A stretch of DNA of 64,000 nucleotides from Gemmatimonadota bacterium (GCA_039586365.1 JBDHKN010000004.1:1-64000); one strand, 5' to 3'. Counted from the first letter of the stretch, positions 41,386 through 51,516 are shown. The notes: generated from the letters alone by a model not told the origin. Program-made: numbers and translations.

Positions 41386-41739
41386 TCAAAGTAGCTGAGC
41401 GATTGAGGCTCGATGGCGTTTCAGCTCGTACAGCAGGTTCCCGACGTTGGTGTTCCGCTGCACTAAGATGGCGAGCAAAGACTCTGACGTGAGGTCGGCT
41501 ACTATCACGAGCCCGTCCGTAAACTGGACTACACCCATGCCGAACTCCCCCTTGTCACCGGCATCTCCCAAGCGATTGCAGCTGTCCACCACCGACGGTA
41601 CGAGGGCAGCGAGGCTCTCCGAGTCAAGTCCGTTGCGGACGCGGCTGTCGATTATGAGACCGTCCCTACCGAGCACGATCACAGCATCAATGCCGTCTCG
41701 ATTCCCCAAGGCCTGCACTACATCGCGTATATTGGGCAT
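41386..41739 (-). CDS. Roadblock/LC7 (MglB-like) protein
   Basis: GIDAVIVLGRDGLIID, LAAL, NVGNL. Confidence 0.8.
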   Translation of the reverse strand: MPNIRDVVQALGNRDGIDAVIVLGRDGLIIDSRVRNGLDSESLAALVPSVVDSCNRLGDAGDKGEFGMGVVQFTDGLVIVADLTSESLLAILVQRNTNVGNLLYELKRHRASIAQLL

Positions 41740-41830
41740 GCGCGCCAAGCTAGGATCGGCCCCTGGTGAAGTCAAGCGGGAGCAACGGGTTGACCGCATT
41801 TCCGACGGCGGCTAATCTTCCAGCTCTTAG

Positions 41831-42409
41831 ATGACGCGTATCTCATTGAAGTGCCTCCGGTTGGCGACGCTGGTTTGGCTGAGCGTTTGGGGACTCTCGG
41901 CATGTGATAGCTCGGGTGGGCTTTTCCCGGCCAGTGTGCCCAACGTGGTTGACACGGTCACGTTGTACGCCCTGCGTGGAACGCCCCTCACGATGCCGAG
42001 TGCGTTTGATATCATCTTCGGGGAGCCTGCCAGGACGGAAAAGGGGGAAGTGTTCGACTTCGCCTTCGATATCAATGCCGCAGGGGACGCGCTGATCCTG
42101 CCAGCCGGTGTGCTGGGACTCGCGCCTGAGGCCGGGATCCTGTTGAGCGAAGAGAGTTTTGAGTCTATCGAGCGGGCGCCCGACAGGGATTACACTGTTG
42201 ATAGCACGTTCACCATATCCACGGGTGACATTTTCATAGGACGCTCCCGCAATAGCTCGGTGCTCTGCACCTATCTGGGCTCGTTGCCCAGGTATGGCAA
42301 GTTTCATGTCTTGGCGTTGGATGCGCAGGAAAGGTCAGTGACTCTCGAGTTCCTGGTGAACTCGAACTGTGGCTTCCGGAGCCTGGAGCCTGGAATCCCC
42401 ACGTCTTGA
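41831..42409 (+). CDS. Hypothetical lipoprotein
   Basis: Lipobox LSAC; beta-rich body. Confidence 0.7.
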   Translation: MTRISLKCLRLATLVWLSVWGLSACDSSGGLFPASVPNVVDTVTLYALRGTPLTMPSAFDIIFGEPARTEKGEVFDFAFDINAAGDALILPAGVLGLAPEAGILLSEESFESIERAPDRDYTVDSTFTISTGDIFIGRSRNSSVLCTYLGSLPRYGKFHVLALDAQERSVTLEFLVNSNCGFRSLEPGIPTS

Positions 42410-42413
42410 TCCA

Positions 42414-43697
42414 GTGATAGATCTCAAGCTGCTCCGTGACTTCCCCGACTCCGTGCGGGCAGCTCTCGTACGTCGTAACGGGCAGTTGGGCGCAAGACTA
42501 ACCCGCATCCTTGGACTCGATGAGCGTCGCCGTGCACTGCTCGTGCAAGGCGAGCGGCTGAAGGCCGAGCGCAATAGCTCCTCCGAAGCAATAGCCCGCC
42601 TCAAGAAGGAGGGGTCCGACCCCAGCTCTCTGCTCTCGGAGATGAAGCAACTGAGCGACCGGATCAAACAGCTGGATGGGGAACTGCGCCAGGTGGAGCA
42701 GGATCTTGAGTACGAGATGCTGCGTGTCCCTAACATACCCTCAGACGAACTGCCCGACGGGGATGCGTCCGCCAATCTGGTCGTCCGAGAGTGGGGCGTG
42801 CGTGCCGAACCGACCTTTGATGTCCTCCCTCATTGGGAGCTGGGAGAGCGGCTCGGCATCCTCGACTTGCCGCGCGGCGCCCAGATCGCGGGAAGTGGAT
42901 TCCCGCTCTTCCTGGGAATGGGTGCGCGACTCGTGCGCGCTCTGATCAACTTCATGCTCGACGTTCACGTGCGGGAGCATGGCTACGTCGAAGTCGCCCC
43001 ACCCCTGCTCGTTACTCACGATACCGCTAAGGGAACGGGTCAGATACCGGACCTCGAAGGTAACATGTATGTGACCGAGGACGGGTTGTATCTGATCCCC
43101 ACGGCTGAAGTACCTGTTACCAATCTGCACCGAGGCGGAATACTGGCTGCCAGCGAGCTGCCTTGCTGCTACGTGGCATACACTCCCTGTTTCAGAAGAG
43201 AGGCCGGTGCGCACGGGCGAGATACTCGTGGTATCATCAGGGTGCACCAGTTCGACAAAGTGGAGCTGGTCAGAGTCTGCCGACCGGAAGACTCAGGCAA
43301 GGAGCTGGAGCTGCTTCTCGGTCACGCCGAGACGATTCTACAGAAGCTGGAAATACCGTACCGCGTGGTGCTACTCGCGGCAGGCGACGTGGGCTTTGCC
43401 AGCCACATGACCTATGACCTGGAGGTGTGGGCTTCAGGTGTGGGTATGTGGCTCGAGGCGTCCAGCGCCAGCACTTTCACCGATTTTCAGGCACGGCGTG
43501 CAAACATTCGGTATCGTCCGGAACCAGGTTCCAAGCCAGAATTCGTTCATACACTGAACGCTTCTGGAGTTGCGCTACCGAGGACTATCATCGCTTTGCT
43601 TGAGAACAATCAGCAGTCAGATGGGTCCGTTCGGATACCCAAGGCTTTGGTCCCATACTTGGGGACCGACTGCCTGATACCCGATGGCGGCGCGTAA
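42414..43697 (+). CDS. serS: Serine--tRNA ligase
   Basis: YLIPTAEVP, FRREAG..GRDTRG..R.HQF.KVE, HTLNASG. Confidence 0.97.
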   Translation: MIDLKLLRDFPDSVRAALVRRNGQLGARLTRILGLDERRRALLVQGERLKAERNSSSEAIARLKKEGSDPSSLLSEMKQLSDRIKQLDGELRQVEQDLEYEMLRVPNIPSDELPDGDASANLVVREWGVRAEPTFDVLPHWELGERLGILDLPRGAQIAGSGFPLFLGMGARLVRALINFMLDVHVREHGYVEVAPPLLVTHDTAKGTGQIPDLEGNMYVTEDGLYLIPTAEVPVTNLHRGGILAASELPCCYVAYTPCFRREAGAHGRDTRGIIRVHQFDKVELVRVCRPEDSGKELELLLGHAETILQKLEIPYRVVLLAAGDVGFASHMTYDLEVWASGVGMWLEASSASTFTDFQARRANIRYRPEPGSKPEFVHTLNASGVALPRTIIALLENNQQSDGSVRIPKALVPYLGTDCLIPDGGA

Positions 43698-44880
43698 CCA
43701 GCTTGTCGCACCGCTGAAGCGGAACGGGCCGACCGTAGTCCTCGCTCTCGTCCTTCTCTTCGGAGCTGTGTCTGGCTGGCAGGCCTGGAGTTTGGTCAGG
43801 CATCTCCGCAGCGTGGCGACCGAGACCTCCCGCATATACGGACAGATCGTGGCGGCTCTGAACGACACGACGGGTCGGGAGACTGAGACGTTGTTCAACC
43901 TGGTGCAGGAAGTGAACCTGACGGGGATTCCTCTCGTGATTACGGATTCAACTGGGCAACCCACGGCAGCTGTGAATCTGCCATTCGAGATCGGCCCGAA
44001 TTTCGAGCGGAATCCTCGAGTACGAGAGTACATCGGAGAACTCGACCGAACCAATCCTCCCATGACTGTCCCCGGGGGTAGCCGGGTCCATTTCGGCGAA
44101 CTGCCTGTAACACGGCAGTTGGTGGGTCTGTGGTTCTTGCAGTTGATCATCCTGATCGCCGCAGTGGCGATCGGGCTCTGGGCTTATCGTACGCAAGTGG
44201 AACGGCATCGCGATCGTCTGTGGGTTGCCATGGCGCGAGAGTCGGCTCACCAGTTGGGGACTCCCCTCATGAGTGCGGGTGCTTGGGTGGAGCGGTTGGC
44301 GGACTCCACCGATCGAGGGGCCCGCGAGGTCGCCGGTCATCTCACGGCCGATCTCGATCGACTGGAACGTGTTGCCAAGCGATTCGAGCGGATCGGTCGA
44401 CCAGCGCGGCATGACAAAGTCGCACTTGGCGTGCTGGCTGAGCGGGTAGCCGCATACTTCGAACCACGTCTGCCGAAGCACGCTAATCGGGTTCGGCTTT
44501 GGGTTAGGGCTCCCAAGTCCGGTCCAACGATCCAGGCCGATCCCGTGCTGGTGGAATGGGCAATCGAAGCGCTGGTCCGTAATGCAATAGATGCGCTGAG
44601 CGGACGGGGTGGGAGTATCACGATCCAGGTTTCTGAAGGTCGCGATAATGTCACCGTCAAGGTTACGGACGATGGACCCGGTGTGCCACCGGAAGTCAGA
44701 TCCAGTCTGTTCGAGCCGGGTACTAGCACCAAGTCAGGCGGATGGGGTATCGGCCTGGCGCTCACCCGTCGGATAGTCGAGGATGTGCACGGCGGACGTC
44801 TCGAACTGCTGCCGACACCGACTGGAGCCGCCTTCCAGGCAACCCTGCCGGTCGCAGCAAGCCCCGTGAATGCCGACTGA
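43684..44880 (+). CDS. Membrane sensor histidine kinase
   Basis: Two TMs, ESAHQLGTPL H-box, NAIDA, DDGPG, GWGIGL. Confidence 0.9.
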   Translation: MAARNQLVAPLKRNGPTVVLALVLLFGAVSGWQAWSLVRHLRSVATETSRIYGQIVAALNDTTGRETETLFNLVQEVNLTGIPLVITDSTGQPTAAVNLPFEIGPNFERNPRVREYIGELDRTNPPMTVPGGSRVHFGELPVTRQLVGLWFLQLIILIAAVAIGLWAYRTQVERHRDRLWVAMARESAHQLGTPLMSAGAWVERLADSTDRGAREVAGHLTADLDRLERVAKRFERIGRPARHDKVALGVLAERVAAYFEPRLPKHANRVRLWVRAPKSGPTIQADPVLVEWAIEALVRNAIDALSGRGGSITIQVSEGRDNVTVKVTDDGPGVPPEVRSSLFEPGTSTKSGGWGIGLALTRRIVEDVHGGRLELLPTPTGAAFQATLPVAASPVNAD

Positions 44881-47083
44881 GATCGCGCTGAATCCGGCTC
44901 AACGTGAGGCAGTAGAGTATTCCAATGGTCCACTGCTGGTTTTGGCCGGTGCCGGTTCCGGGAAGACCCGCGTCCTCACGACGAGGCTGGCGCACCTGGC
45001 ACGGAGTCGTGGGATGGTCCCAAACCGCATTCTCGCGGTCACCTTCACCAACCGAGCTGCTGGGGAGATGCGAGGCCGCGTCGCGCAACTGCTGGGGCGT
45101 GACCCTGCAGGATTGTGGATCGGCACTTTCCATTCTGTGGCGTCTCGACTGCTGCGGCGGGAGGCGGCCAGGATCGGTTTTACTGCCCAGTTCTCGATCT
45201 ACGATGAGGCCGATCGCCTGTCCTTGATCAAGCGCCTGTTGGACAGTATGGGCCATTCGCAGCGTGCCTATCCACCGCGTCAGATCCAATACATCATCTC
45301 TGGCGCAAAGAACCGCCTAGAGTCACCCGACGAGTTGGCCGGTGGTGCGGCAGATCGCATCACCGCGATCGCCGGGGAGGTCTACTTCGAATTGGATAAG
45401 TCGCTGCAGGCCGCCAATGCCATGGATTTCGACAATCTACTGATTCATCCGCTGACGTTGTTCAGGGAGCATCCTGACCGGTTACGTTATTACCAGCAGC
45501 GATTCGATGCTATCCTGGTAGACGAATTCCAGGACACCAACCGGGCCCAGTATCTCTTGGTGAAGCAGTTGGGCGGTGCACACCACAACGTCTGCGTGGT
45601 CGGAGACGACGATCAGTCGATCTACAGTTGGCGGGGCGCCAACGTTCGCAACATGCTCGATTTCCAGAAGGACTTCAACAGTGTCAAGGTGATTCGCCTG
45701 GAGGAGAACTATCGGTCTACCAGCGTGATACTCGATGCAGCCAATGGCATCATCGACGAGAATCAACAACGCCTGGGCAAGACGCTGTTCACTATACGAA
45801 AGGGGGGTGAGCCGATCGCCGTAGTGGTGGCAGCGGACGAAAGAGACGAAGCGGAGTGGATCGCCCGAGAGATACGTGAGCGGAGTGCTGCCGACCACTA
45901 TCCCCACCAGAGTATGGCCGTGTTGTACCGGACTAACGCTCAGTCACGTGCGATGGAAGAAGCGTTTCGCCGGGCGGCCATTCCGTACCAAGTGATCGGT
46001 GCCGTGGGGTTCTATGAGCGACGCGAAGTCAAGGACTTGATTGCCTACCTACGTCTTCTAGTGAATCCGTCGGACAGCGAAGCGTTCTTGCGGGCCGTCA
46101 ACGTTCCCAGGCGCGGCATCGGAATGGCCAGCCTCACCACTCTGCAAGCCACGGCAGCCATGTGGTCGAAGTCACTGCTCGACACAGCCGCGGTGGCGGA
46201 CCGCATAGTAGAGCTGAGGCCGCTAGCCAAGCGAGCGTTGCAGGATTTTGCCGGGCTGGTTGAGCGTCTGCGGGCCGGGATTGCCGACGTCCCTCCCGCT
46301 GCAGTGCTGGAGCGAGTATTAGAGGCAATCGAATACGAGTCGTACTTGGCGCAAGAGGGACTCGAAGGCATGGAGCGTCTGGAAAACGTTCGCGAGTTGA
46401 TTGCCGGTGCAGCTGAATGGTCCGAAGAAGTGGATGACGATAGCCCGGAGTCTCCCTTGGAGCAGTTCCTGGCAGGGGCAGCACTAACCAATCCCAGCGA
46501 TCAGTCGAACGGCGATGCAGACGGTGTGACCCTCATGACGGTGCACACCGCCAAGGGTCTGGAATGGCCCATCGTGTTTGTGACCGGTCTGGAAGACGGA
46601 TTGTTTCCGCTGCGGCGCGCCCTGGAGTCGCAAGAGGATACGGAAGAGGAAAGGCGACTGGCATACGTGGCCGTGACCCGAGCACAGGATCTGGTGTACC
46701 TGACCTGGGCCCGTTCGCGCCGGCGCGGCGGTCAACTCATGCCCGGAGTGCCGTCACGGTTTCTAGCAGCGGTGCCACCCGGTGTCATTCAGGAGCGCCG
46801 CACCAGCGGTCTGTTCGGTGGAGATTCTTATCGCAAGCCGGCGATGTCACTGCGGTGGGCGGCAACCGAGCGAGCGGAGTCAGAGATGGTATCGCAGGAT
46901 ACTCCGCGCTACGTGAAAGGTGAGAGAGTACACCACCGCAAGTTCGGATCGGGCACGATCGCGGCGCTATCGGGGAGCGGGCGGGATCTCAAGGCCACCA
47001 TCGAGTTTGATGACGAGGAAGTCGGAAGAAAGCAGTTGCTGGTAGCCTATGCCGGATTGGAGCGGGATTGGGAGAGCGCGTGA
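44870..47083 (+). CDS. pcrA: UvrD/PcrA DNA helicase
   Basis: AGAGSGKT, TFTN, VDEFQDTN, NYRST, HTAKGLE, EEERRLAYVAVTRA, C-terminal Tudor-like HRKFG. Confidence 0.96.
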   Translation: MPTEIALNPAQREAVEYSNGPLLVLAGAGSGKTRVLTTRLAHLARSRGMVPNRILAVTFTNRAAGEMRGRVAQLLGRDPAGLWIGTFHSVASRLLRREAARIGFTAQFSIYDEADRLSLIKRLLDSMGHSQRAYPPRQIQYIISGAKNRLESPDELAGGAADRITAIAGEVYFELDKSLQAANAMDFDNLLIHPLTLFREHPDRLRYYQQRFDAILVDEFQDTNRAQYLLVKQLGGAHHNVCVVGDDDQSIYSWRGANVRNMLDFQKDFNSVKVIRLEENYRSTSVILDAANGIIDENQQRLGKTLFTIRKGGEPIAVVVAADERDEAEWIAREIRERSAADHYPHQSMAVLYRTNAQSRAMEEAFRRAAIPYQVIGAVGFYERREVKDLIAYLRLLVNPSDSEAFLRAVNVPRRGIGMASLTTLQATAAMWSKSLLDTAAVADRIVELRPLAKRALQDFAGLVERLRAGIADVPPAAVLERVLEAIEYESYLAQEGLEGMERLENVRELIAGAAEWSEEVDDDSPESPLEQFLAGAALTNPSDQSNGDADGVTLMTVHTAKGLEWPIVFVTGLEDGLFPLRRALESQEDTEEERRLAYVAVTRAQDLVYLTWARSRRRGGQLMPGVPSRFLAAVPPGVIQERRTSGLFGGDSYRKPAMSLRWAATERAESEMVSQDTPRYVKGERVHHRKFGSGTIAALSGSGRDLKATIEFDDEEVGRKQLLVAYAGLERDWESA

Positions 47084-47241
47084 GTCTCCCCCAGCGCCAA
47101 GATATTGAGTGGATCATCCGACTGGCCGCCCGCGACGTGGAGTCCAGTGAGTGGCCCGCGTTGGCACAACAGATCGCCAAAATCATGGAGTCTTTCTGGC
47201 GCATCGAGTCGGTCGATTCGGGCGGGCGCACCCGAGTCTGA
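47080..47241 (+). pseudogene. gatC: Truncated GatC-like ORF (53 aa)
   Basis: VSLPQRQDIEWIIRLAARDVESSEWPALAQQIAKIMESFWRIESVDSGG resembles the GatC N-terminal half; GTGA overlap with pcrA; no gatA follows. Confidence 0.55.
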
Positions 47242-47287
47242 CACGATCTCTAATGGAGGATCGACTCAACAGGCACAGTTGAGCGCC

Positions 47288-48262
47288 TCACTCCTCGGTG
47301 TACTCAGTGCGTCGTCGTTTCCTGCCTCCACTACGCCCGTTTTGCTTAGTCCACGGCCTCACAGTATTCGAACTCTCCCAAACAGGGACCCCGTATGTTG
47401 GCAGTCCGAAGTGCTCGTTCGCGAACCTACTGAGTGTTGGATGGTCTCCGGGAAGGCGGTTACTCATCACGTCTATCCGCATCCTCTTCGCCAGCTGTAG
47501 CGATGATTCGCCAGCTGGGTCCAGCTTCCTGGGTCTCTCACCGGGTCCGGCTAGAACCTCCATGATGAACTCGAACGACACGGCCATGTTCCGCTCCACT
47601 ACATCATTACCCAGATCCCAACGGCTCTTATCAGCCAGTTTTTGAAACACACGCTGCCAGCTCTGTGTTTCAGTGACTCCTACCATACCCCTGAACAAGC
47701 GCCGGTTGGTACGCACAGAGAAGATGGTTGGGGCCAATATGCGGTCCAGGTGAGCATCGGAACTGCCATGATCCAAACGGATGATCTCCATCGCTGTCCT
47801 GGAGTAGGGGTCACCCAGATGTGTCTCCAACCTGCTTTCCCAGTAGGAGTGTCCCAGCGCGATCGTCCGAGACGTCACGACGAGTTGCCTCGGCACGAAG
47901 AAGTTGTGGGCCACCGTGTCGGCGGCGAGGTGGGACAGATATCCGAGCGCGAAGGCTCTCAAGGGATCGGTCTCGGCTTGGCCACGAATCTCCTCACCGA
48001 CTTTCCACGAGTGACAGTGACGGCCAACGGGTGCGTACTTTTTGGCTATCGACGTGTCGGCAGCTATGCTCCCATACAGATAGTCATATGGGAATGCGCG
48101 CAGGATATCTGTGATGGCTGGGGGCAGGTGTGTGAGGTTCGCAAGCACGGACTCGCCGAGGTAGATGTGGGTACCTGGGGTCCACGCCAGTGCCACATCA
48201 GGGAGCAGTGCGAGCAGGAGAACCGCAATACCTAGAGCCGCAAGGGCGCGGCCGAGTTCCAC
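47288..48262 (-). CDS. Zinc-dependent phospholipase C family protein
   Basis: Signal peptide then WTPGTH, GSIAAD, GYLSHLAADTVAH, H...E. Confidence 0.8.
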   Translation of the reverse strand: MELGRALAALGIAVLLLALLPDVALAWTPGTHIYLGESVLANLTHLPPAITDILRAFPYDYLYGSIAADTSIAKKYAPVGRHCHSWKVGEEIRGQAETDPLRAFALGYLSHLAADTVAHNFFVPRQLVVTSRTIALGHSYWESRLETHLGDPYSRTAMEIIRLDHGSSDAHLDRILAPTIFSVRTNRRLFRGMVGVTETQSWQRVFQKLADKSRWDLGNDVVERNMAVSFEFIMEVLAGPGERPRKLDPAGESSLQLAKRMRIDVMSNRLPGDHPTLSRFANEHFGLPTYGVPVWESSNTVRPWTKQNGRSGGRKRRRTEYTEE

Positions 48263-48265
48263 TCG

Positions 48266-48712
48266 CTAGCGTCTCCGATCCAGGAATCGCCGCTTCATCT
48301 TGCGGAGGATCTTGCCGCCGCGGCGCGTCGTGCGAAGCGCTGCCGAGATATCGAGGGCTGCATCCTCCACCTCCTGTTGTACCACGTCCAACAGCGCATC
48401 GAGGTCCAACAGCCGATCTTCGACGGTGTCGGCAGCCCGCTCGACCCGATCGCGGAGGCCACGGGAAGTGTTGGCCAGGCCGTCGACTTCAGACCGCACG
48501 GTTGCAACTGCCTTGCTGGCATCGCCCACCAGGCCTCGCACAGAGTCGAGTACCGGCCGAGTCTCACGGTCGATGTTCTCGGTGAGCCGGCGCAACTCGG
48601 GAACCAGGCGGCGCACTTCGATGAGCACCGGAAGCAACGCTAAACCGGCGATGGTCACGGCCAGCGCGATGAACACTGTTGCTATTGCAGTAGCCGCCTC
48701 AGCCCACATCAT
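48266..48712 (-). CDS. DUF948/YoxC-like membrane-anchored coiled-coil protein
   Basis: N-terminal TM then long amphipathic helix; AAGGAGG RBS. Confidence 0.65.
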   Translation of the reverse strand: MMWAEAATAIATVFIALAVTIAGLALLPVLIEVRRLVPELRRLTENIDRETRPVLDSVRGLVGDASKAVATVRSEVDGLANTSRGLRDRVERAADTVEDRLLDLDALLDVVQQEVEDAALDISAALRTTRRGGKILRKMKRRFLDRRR

Positions 48713-48874
48713 CTGTCAGCCCTCCTTGCCTGGTGGACGTGGGGACGCCCATCCCAAGCCGGTTTCATCTGAGCCCCGTTTGCAGCGGTGCTCCCGCCAA
48801 GAATACCCGTCACTCTGGTCCGACCGTGTCACGGACGCTCGGATTCCAGTGGTAGCGCAGCGACCATGAGAAAG

Positions 48875-49228
48875 TCAATCTAGTCCCGAACCGGGACTCC
48901 CGGCCAGGCCGAGTGCGCGAGTTACCGGAATCGTGAAGAGAATGCCTGAGCCCGCTCGCTCCAAATCACCCAACACGTTCCGGATCATCTCAATTGCCCG
49001 CTCCAGCGTGGCATCCGACTCGATCACTGAAAAGATCAGCTTGTTTTCAGGCCGGGACCGAGATATCAGATCCTGGAGACCGGCGAGAACTGGGGTGTCG
49101 GCTGGCAAATGCTCGGCCATGCCACGAGTACCCACTATTGTGGCGCCCGCTACTCCCAACTCCGCGAGCCCAGACAGGACGGGCTCGAGTTTGTCTTCCT
49201 GGTTGATCACGCAGACTAACAGTTGCAT
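48875..49228 (-). CDS. P-II-like signalling protein (non-canonical)
   Basis: L.E.GV.GATI...RG, K.I..VI, G.GILFTIPV; no T-loop Tyr. Confidence 0.75.
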   Translation of the reverse strand: MQLLVCVINQEDKLEPVLSGLAELGVAGATIVGTRGMAEHLPADTPVLAGLQDLISRSRPENKLIFSVIESDATLERAIEMIRNVLGDLERAGSGILFTIPVTRALGLAGSPGSGLD

Positions 49229-49373
49229 GCGATAGCGCGCTTGTTACGTGGGGAAGAGTGCGTGAAGGAGCGACCGGGAGCCGCATTCACTCCCGCAAGA
49301 TCTCCGAGGCCGAAGAGTGTGTCAAGCAAGCAACTTGCGAAGTGGCGAGGTGTGCCATATGGTTTGCCGCACT

Positions 49374-50669
49374 ATGAGGCAACTGTTCAGAGTGACTGGC
49401 GGAGCGCCTTTGAGGGGCACCGTCAAGCCTTCGGGCAACAAGAACGCCGCACTTCCAATCCTCGCGGCTACGCTTCTGGGAGATGGTCCCAGCGAGGTAG
49501 TGAACGTACCGCGCATTCGCGACGTAGATATGTTGTTGGCCCTGCTAGGGGATCTGGGCGCTGAGTGGACCTGGACCGGTCCCAACACGGTCGTGATCGA
49601 TCCGGTGGGTGTCAAACCCAAGCGGCTCGACCCACAACTCTGTGCCAGCCTCCGCGCGTCAGTGCTGCTTGCAGGGCCCTTGCTGGCGCGGTTTGGGAGC
49701 GTCACGCTGCCGCCGCCGGGCGGCGACGTGATTGGTCGGCGGCGTCTCGACACCCACTTCCTGGCCTTCGAGGCACTCGGGGCCGAAGTGACGGTGGGAG
49801 CGGATTTCCACGTTGAGACCAGAGGGTTGCGGGGGAGTGACATCTTCCTCGACGAACCCAGCGTGACGGCGACGGAGAACGCGCTTCTGACCGCCGTGGG
49901 TTCGCCTGGCAGTACGATACTGCGTAATGCCGCCTGCGAACCTCACGTGCAGGATCTCGCCCGGGCACTGGTCAACATGGGAGCTGAAGTCAACGGTATT
50001 GGCACAAGCACCCTTACAGTGGATGGTGTCTCACAACTACACGGTGCCCGCTTGGTGGTGGGGCCAGATCACGTGGAGGTAGGGAGCTTCATCGGACTCG
50101 CGGCCGTGACCAATGGTGAGATCGTCATTGAGGGTGTGAGATCAGAGGATCTGAGATCGATTCTGCTCACCTTCGAGCGGCTGGGAGTGCGCCCCCGGGT
50201 CGCCGGGGAGGCTCTGGTAGTTGAGGCAGCCCAGGAGCGCAGGATCCGGCCCGACTCGGGCGAGCATGTTCCGAAGATAGAAGACGGGCCCTGGCCCGCG
50301 TTTCCGGCCGATTTGACTTCCATAGCAGTGGTGGTGGCGACGCAATGCGAGGGGATGATTCTGATCTTTGAGAAGATGTTCGAGTCGCGACTGTTCTTCG
50401 TGGACAAATTGGTTGGACTGGGGGCTCGCTTGGTCTTGTGCGATCCTCATAGGGTAGTAGTCTCGGGTCCGTCGCGGCTACAGGGAGGTATTGTGGAGAG
50501 TCCCGATATCAGGGCCGGTATGGCCATGCTACTGGCGGCATTGGCGGCTGAGGGAGAGAGCCTGATCTACAATGTGTCTCAAATCGACCGTGGCTATGAG
50601 AGAATCGACCAACGTCTGAAGGCGCTGGGTGCTGAGATCGAACGGGAGGGTGAGGCAGAGAAGGGGTGA
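49374..50669 (+). CDS. murA: UDP-N-acetylglucosamine 1-carboxyvinyltransferase (Asp variant)
   Basis: SGNKNAALP, RAS..LAGPLLAR, PGGDVIGRR, SVTATEN, DIRAG, IDRGYE. Confidence 0.96.
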   Translation: MRQLFRVTGGAPLRGTVKPSGNKNAALPILAATLLGDGPSEVVNVPRIRDVDMLLALLGDLGAEWTWTGPNTVVIDPVGVKPKRLDPQLCASLRASVLLAGPLLARFGSVTLPPPGGDVIGRRRLDTHFLAFEALGAEVTVGADFHVETRGLRGSDIFLDEPSVTATENALLTAVGSPGSTILRNAACEPHVQDLARALVNMGAEVNGIGTSTLTVDGVSQLHGARLVVGPDHVEVGSFIGLAAVTNGEIVIEGVRSEDLRSILLTFERLGVRPRVAGEALVVEAAQERRIRPDSGEHVPKIEDGPWPAFPADLTSIAVVVATQCEGMILIFEKMFESRLFFVDKLVGLGARLVLCDPHRVVVSGPSRLQGGIVESPDIRAGMAMLLAALAAEGESLIYNVSQIDRGYERIDQRLKALGAEIEREGEAEKG

Positions 50670-51433
50670 ACCGGGAAGCTGGAACGCTGCTGCGCGAGCG
50701 CCCGATCTCTCGGGTCGGTGTGCCACGGTACGAATTGGTTGAATGGGCTGAGTCCTACGGGATAGTGGCGGGGATCACGGGTCGTGACCAGGACTGCGAT
50801 TTCGGATTCAGCGGCGGCGCTGCAGCCGATATCGTCATCGCTCGCTGGCGCCGGTTAGGCAACGAGCTGGCAGCCGGATTCTGCGGGATAGTCGTGAGCC
50901 GTCAGGTGCACGGTTCCGCTGTTGGCGTTCACGAAGGGCGAGTCGAGGGACTGCTGCTGAAAGACGGTCTGGACGGCCACGTCTCGGCAATCTCGGGTGT
51001 CCTGCTGGCGGTGACCGTGGCCGATTGCGTGCCCGTGTACCTGGCGCATTCGGCGAGTGGTGCTGTGGGATTAGTGCACGCTGGGTGGAAGGGTGTGGCC
51101 GCCGGCATCATGGAGCACGGAATCGAACGTCTTTGCGAGGTTGCTGATGCAGTTCCACATGACATTGCAATACATTGTGGTGTAAGTGTTTGCGGTAGTT
51201 GTTATCAAGTAGGAACTGAAGTGTATGAGCGGGTGACTGGTGTTTCCGTGGCCGGGCCGACCGGGCTCGACTTGCGGGCGAACTTGGTAGACCGAGCGGT
51301 GGCCTTGGGGGTGGGGAGAGCCACATCCAGTGGTTGGTGCACGGCGCACGATGGGGATCGATTTTACTCGCACCGTGCTTCCGAAGGTGCCGCCGGCAGA
51401 ATGGTCGCATATATAGGCCGGCCAAATACTTGA
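50666..51433 (+). CDS. pgeF: Polyphenol oxidase/laccase-domain protein (YfiH/PgeF)
   Basis: QVHG, ADCVP, HAGWKG, FYSHR...GRM. Confidence 0.88.
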   Translation: MNREAGTLLRERPISRVGVPRYELVEWAESYGIVAGITGRDQDCDFGFSGGAAADIVIARWRRLGNELAAGFCGIVVSRQVHGSAVGVHEGRVEGLLLKDGLDGHVSAISGVLLAVTVADCVPVYLAHSASGAVGLVHAGWKGVAAGIMEHGIERLCEVADAVPHDIAIHCGVSVCGSCYQVGTEVYERVTGVSVAGPTGLDLRANLVDRAVALGVGRATSSGWCTAHDGDRFYSHRASEGAAGRMVAYIGRPNT

Positions 51434-51500
51434 CCCCCTTCGACCGGGGTCGGTATATTCGTTGTGCGAAGCGGTGCGGGCGTAGTAGGCCCGCTTTTTT
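51430..51500 (+). promoter_or_regulatory. rimP-operon promoter and leader hairpin
   Basis: TTGACC-N18-TATATT then GCGGGC-loop-GCCCGC-TTTTTT, like the rimP leader terminator. Confidence 0.65.
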
Positions 51501-51516
51501 GTTGCGGCGAATCAAA

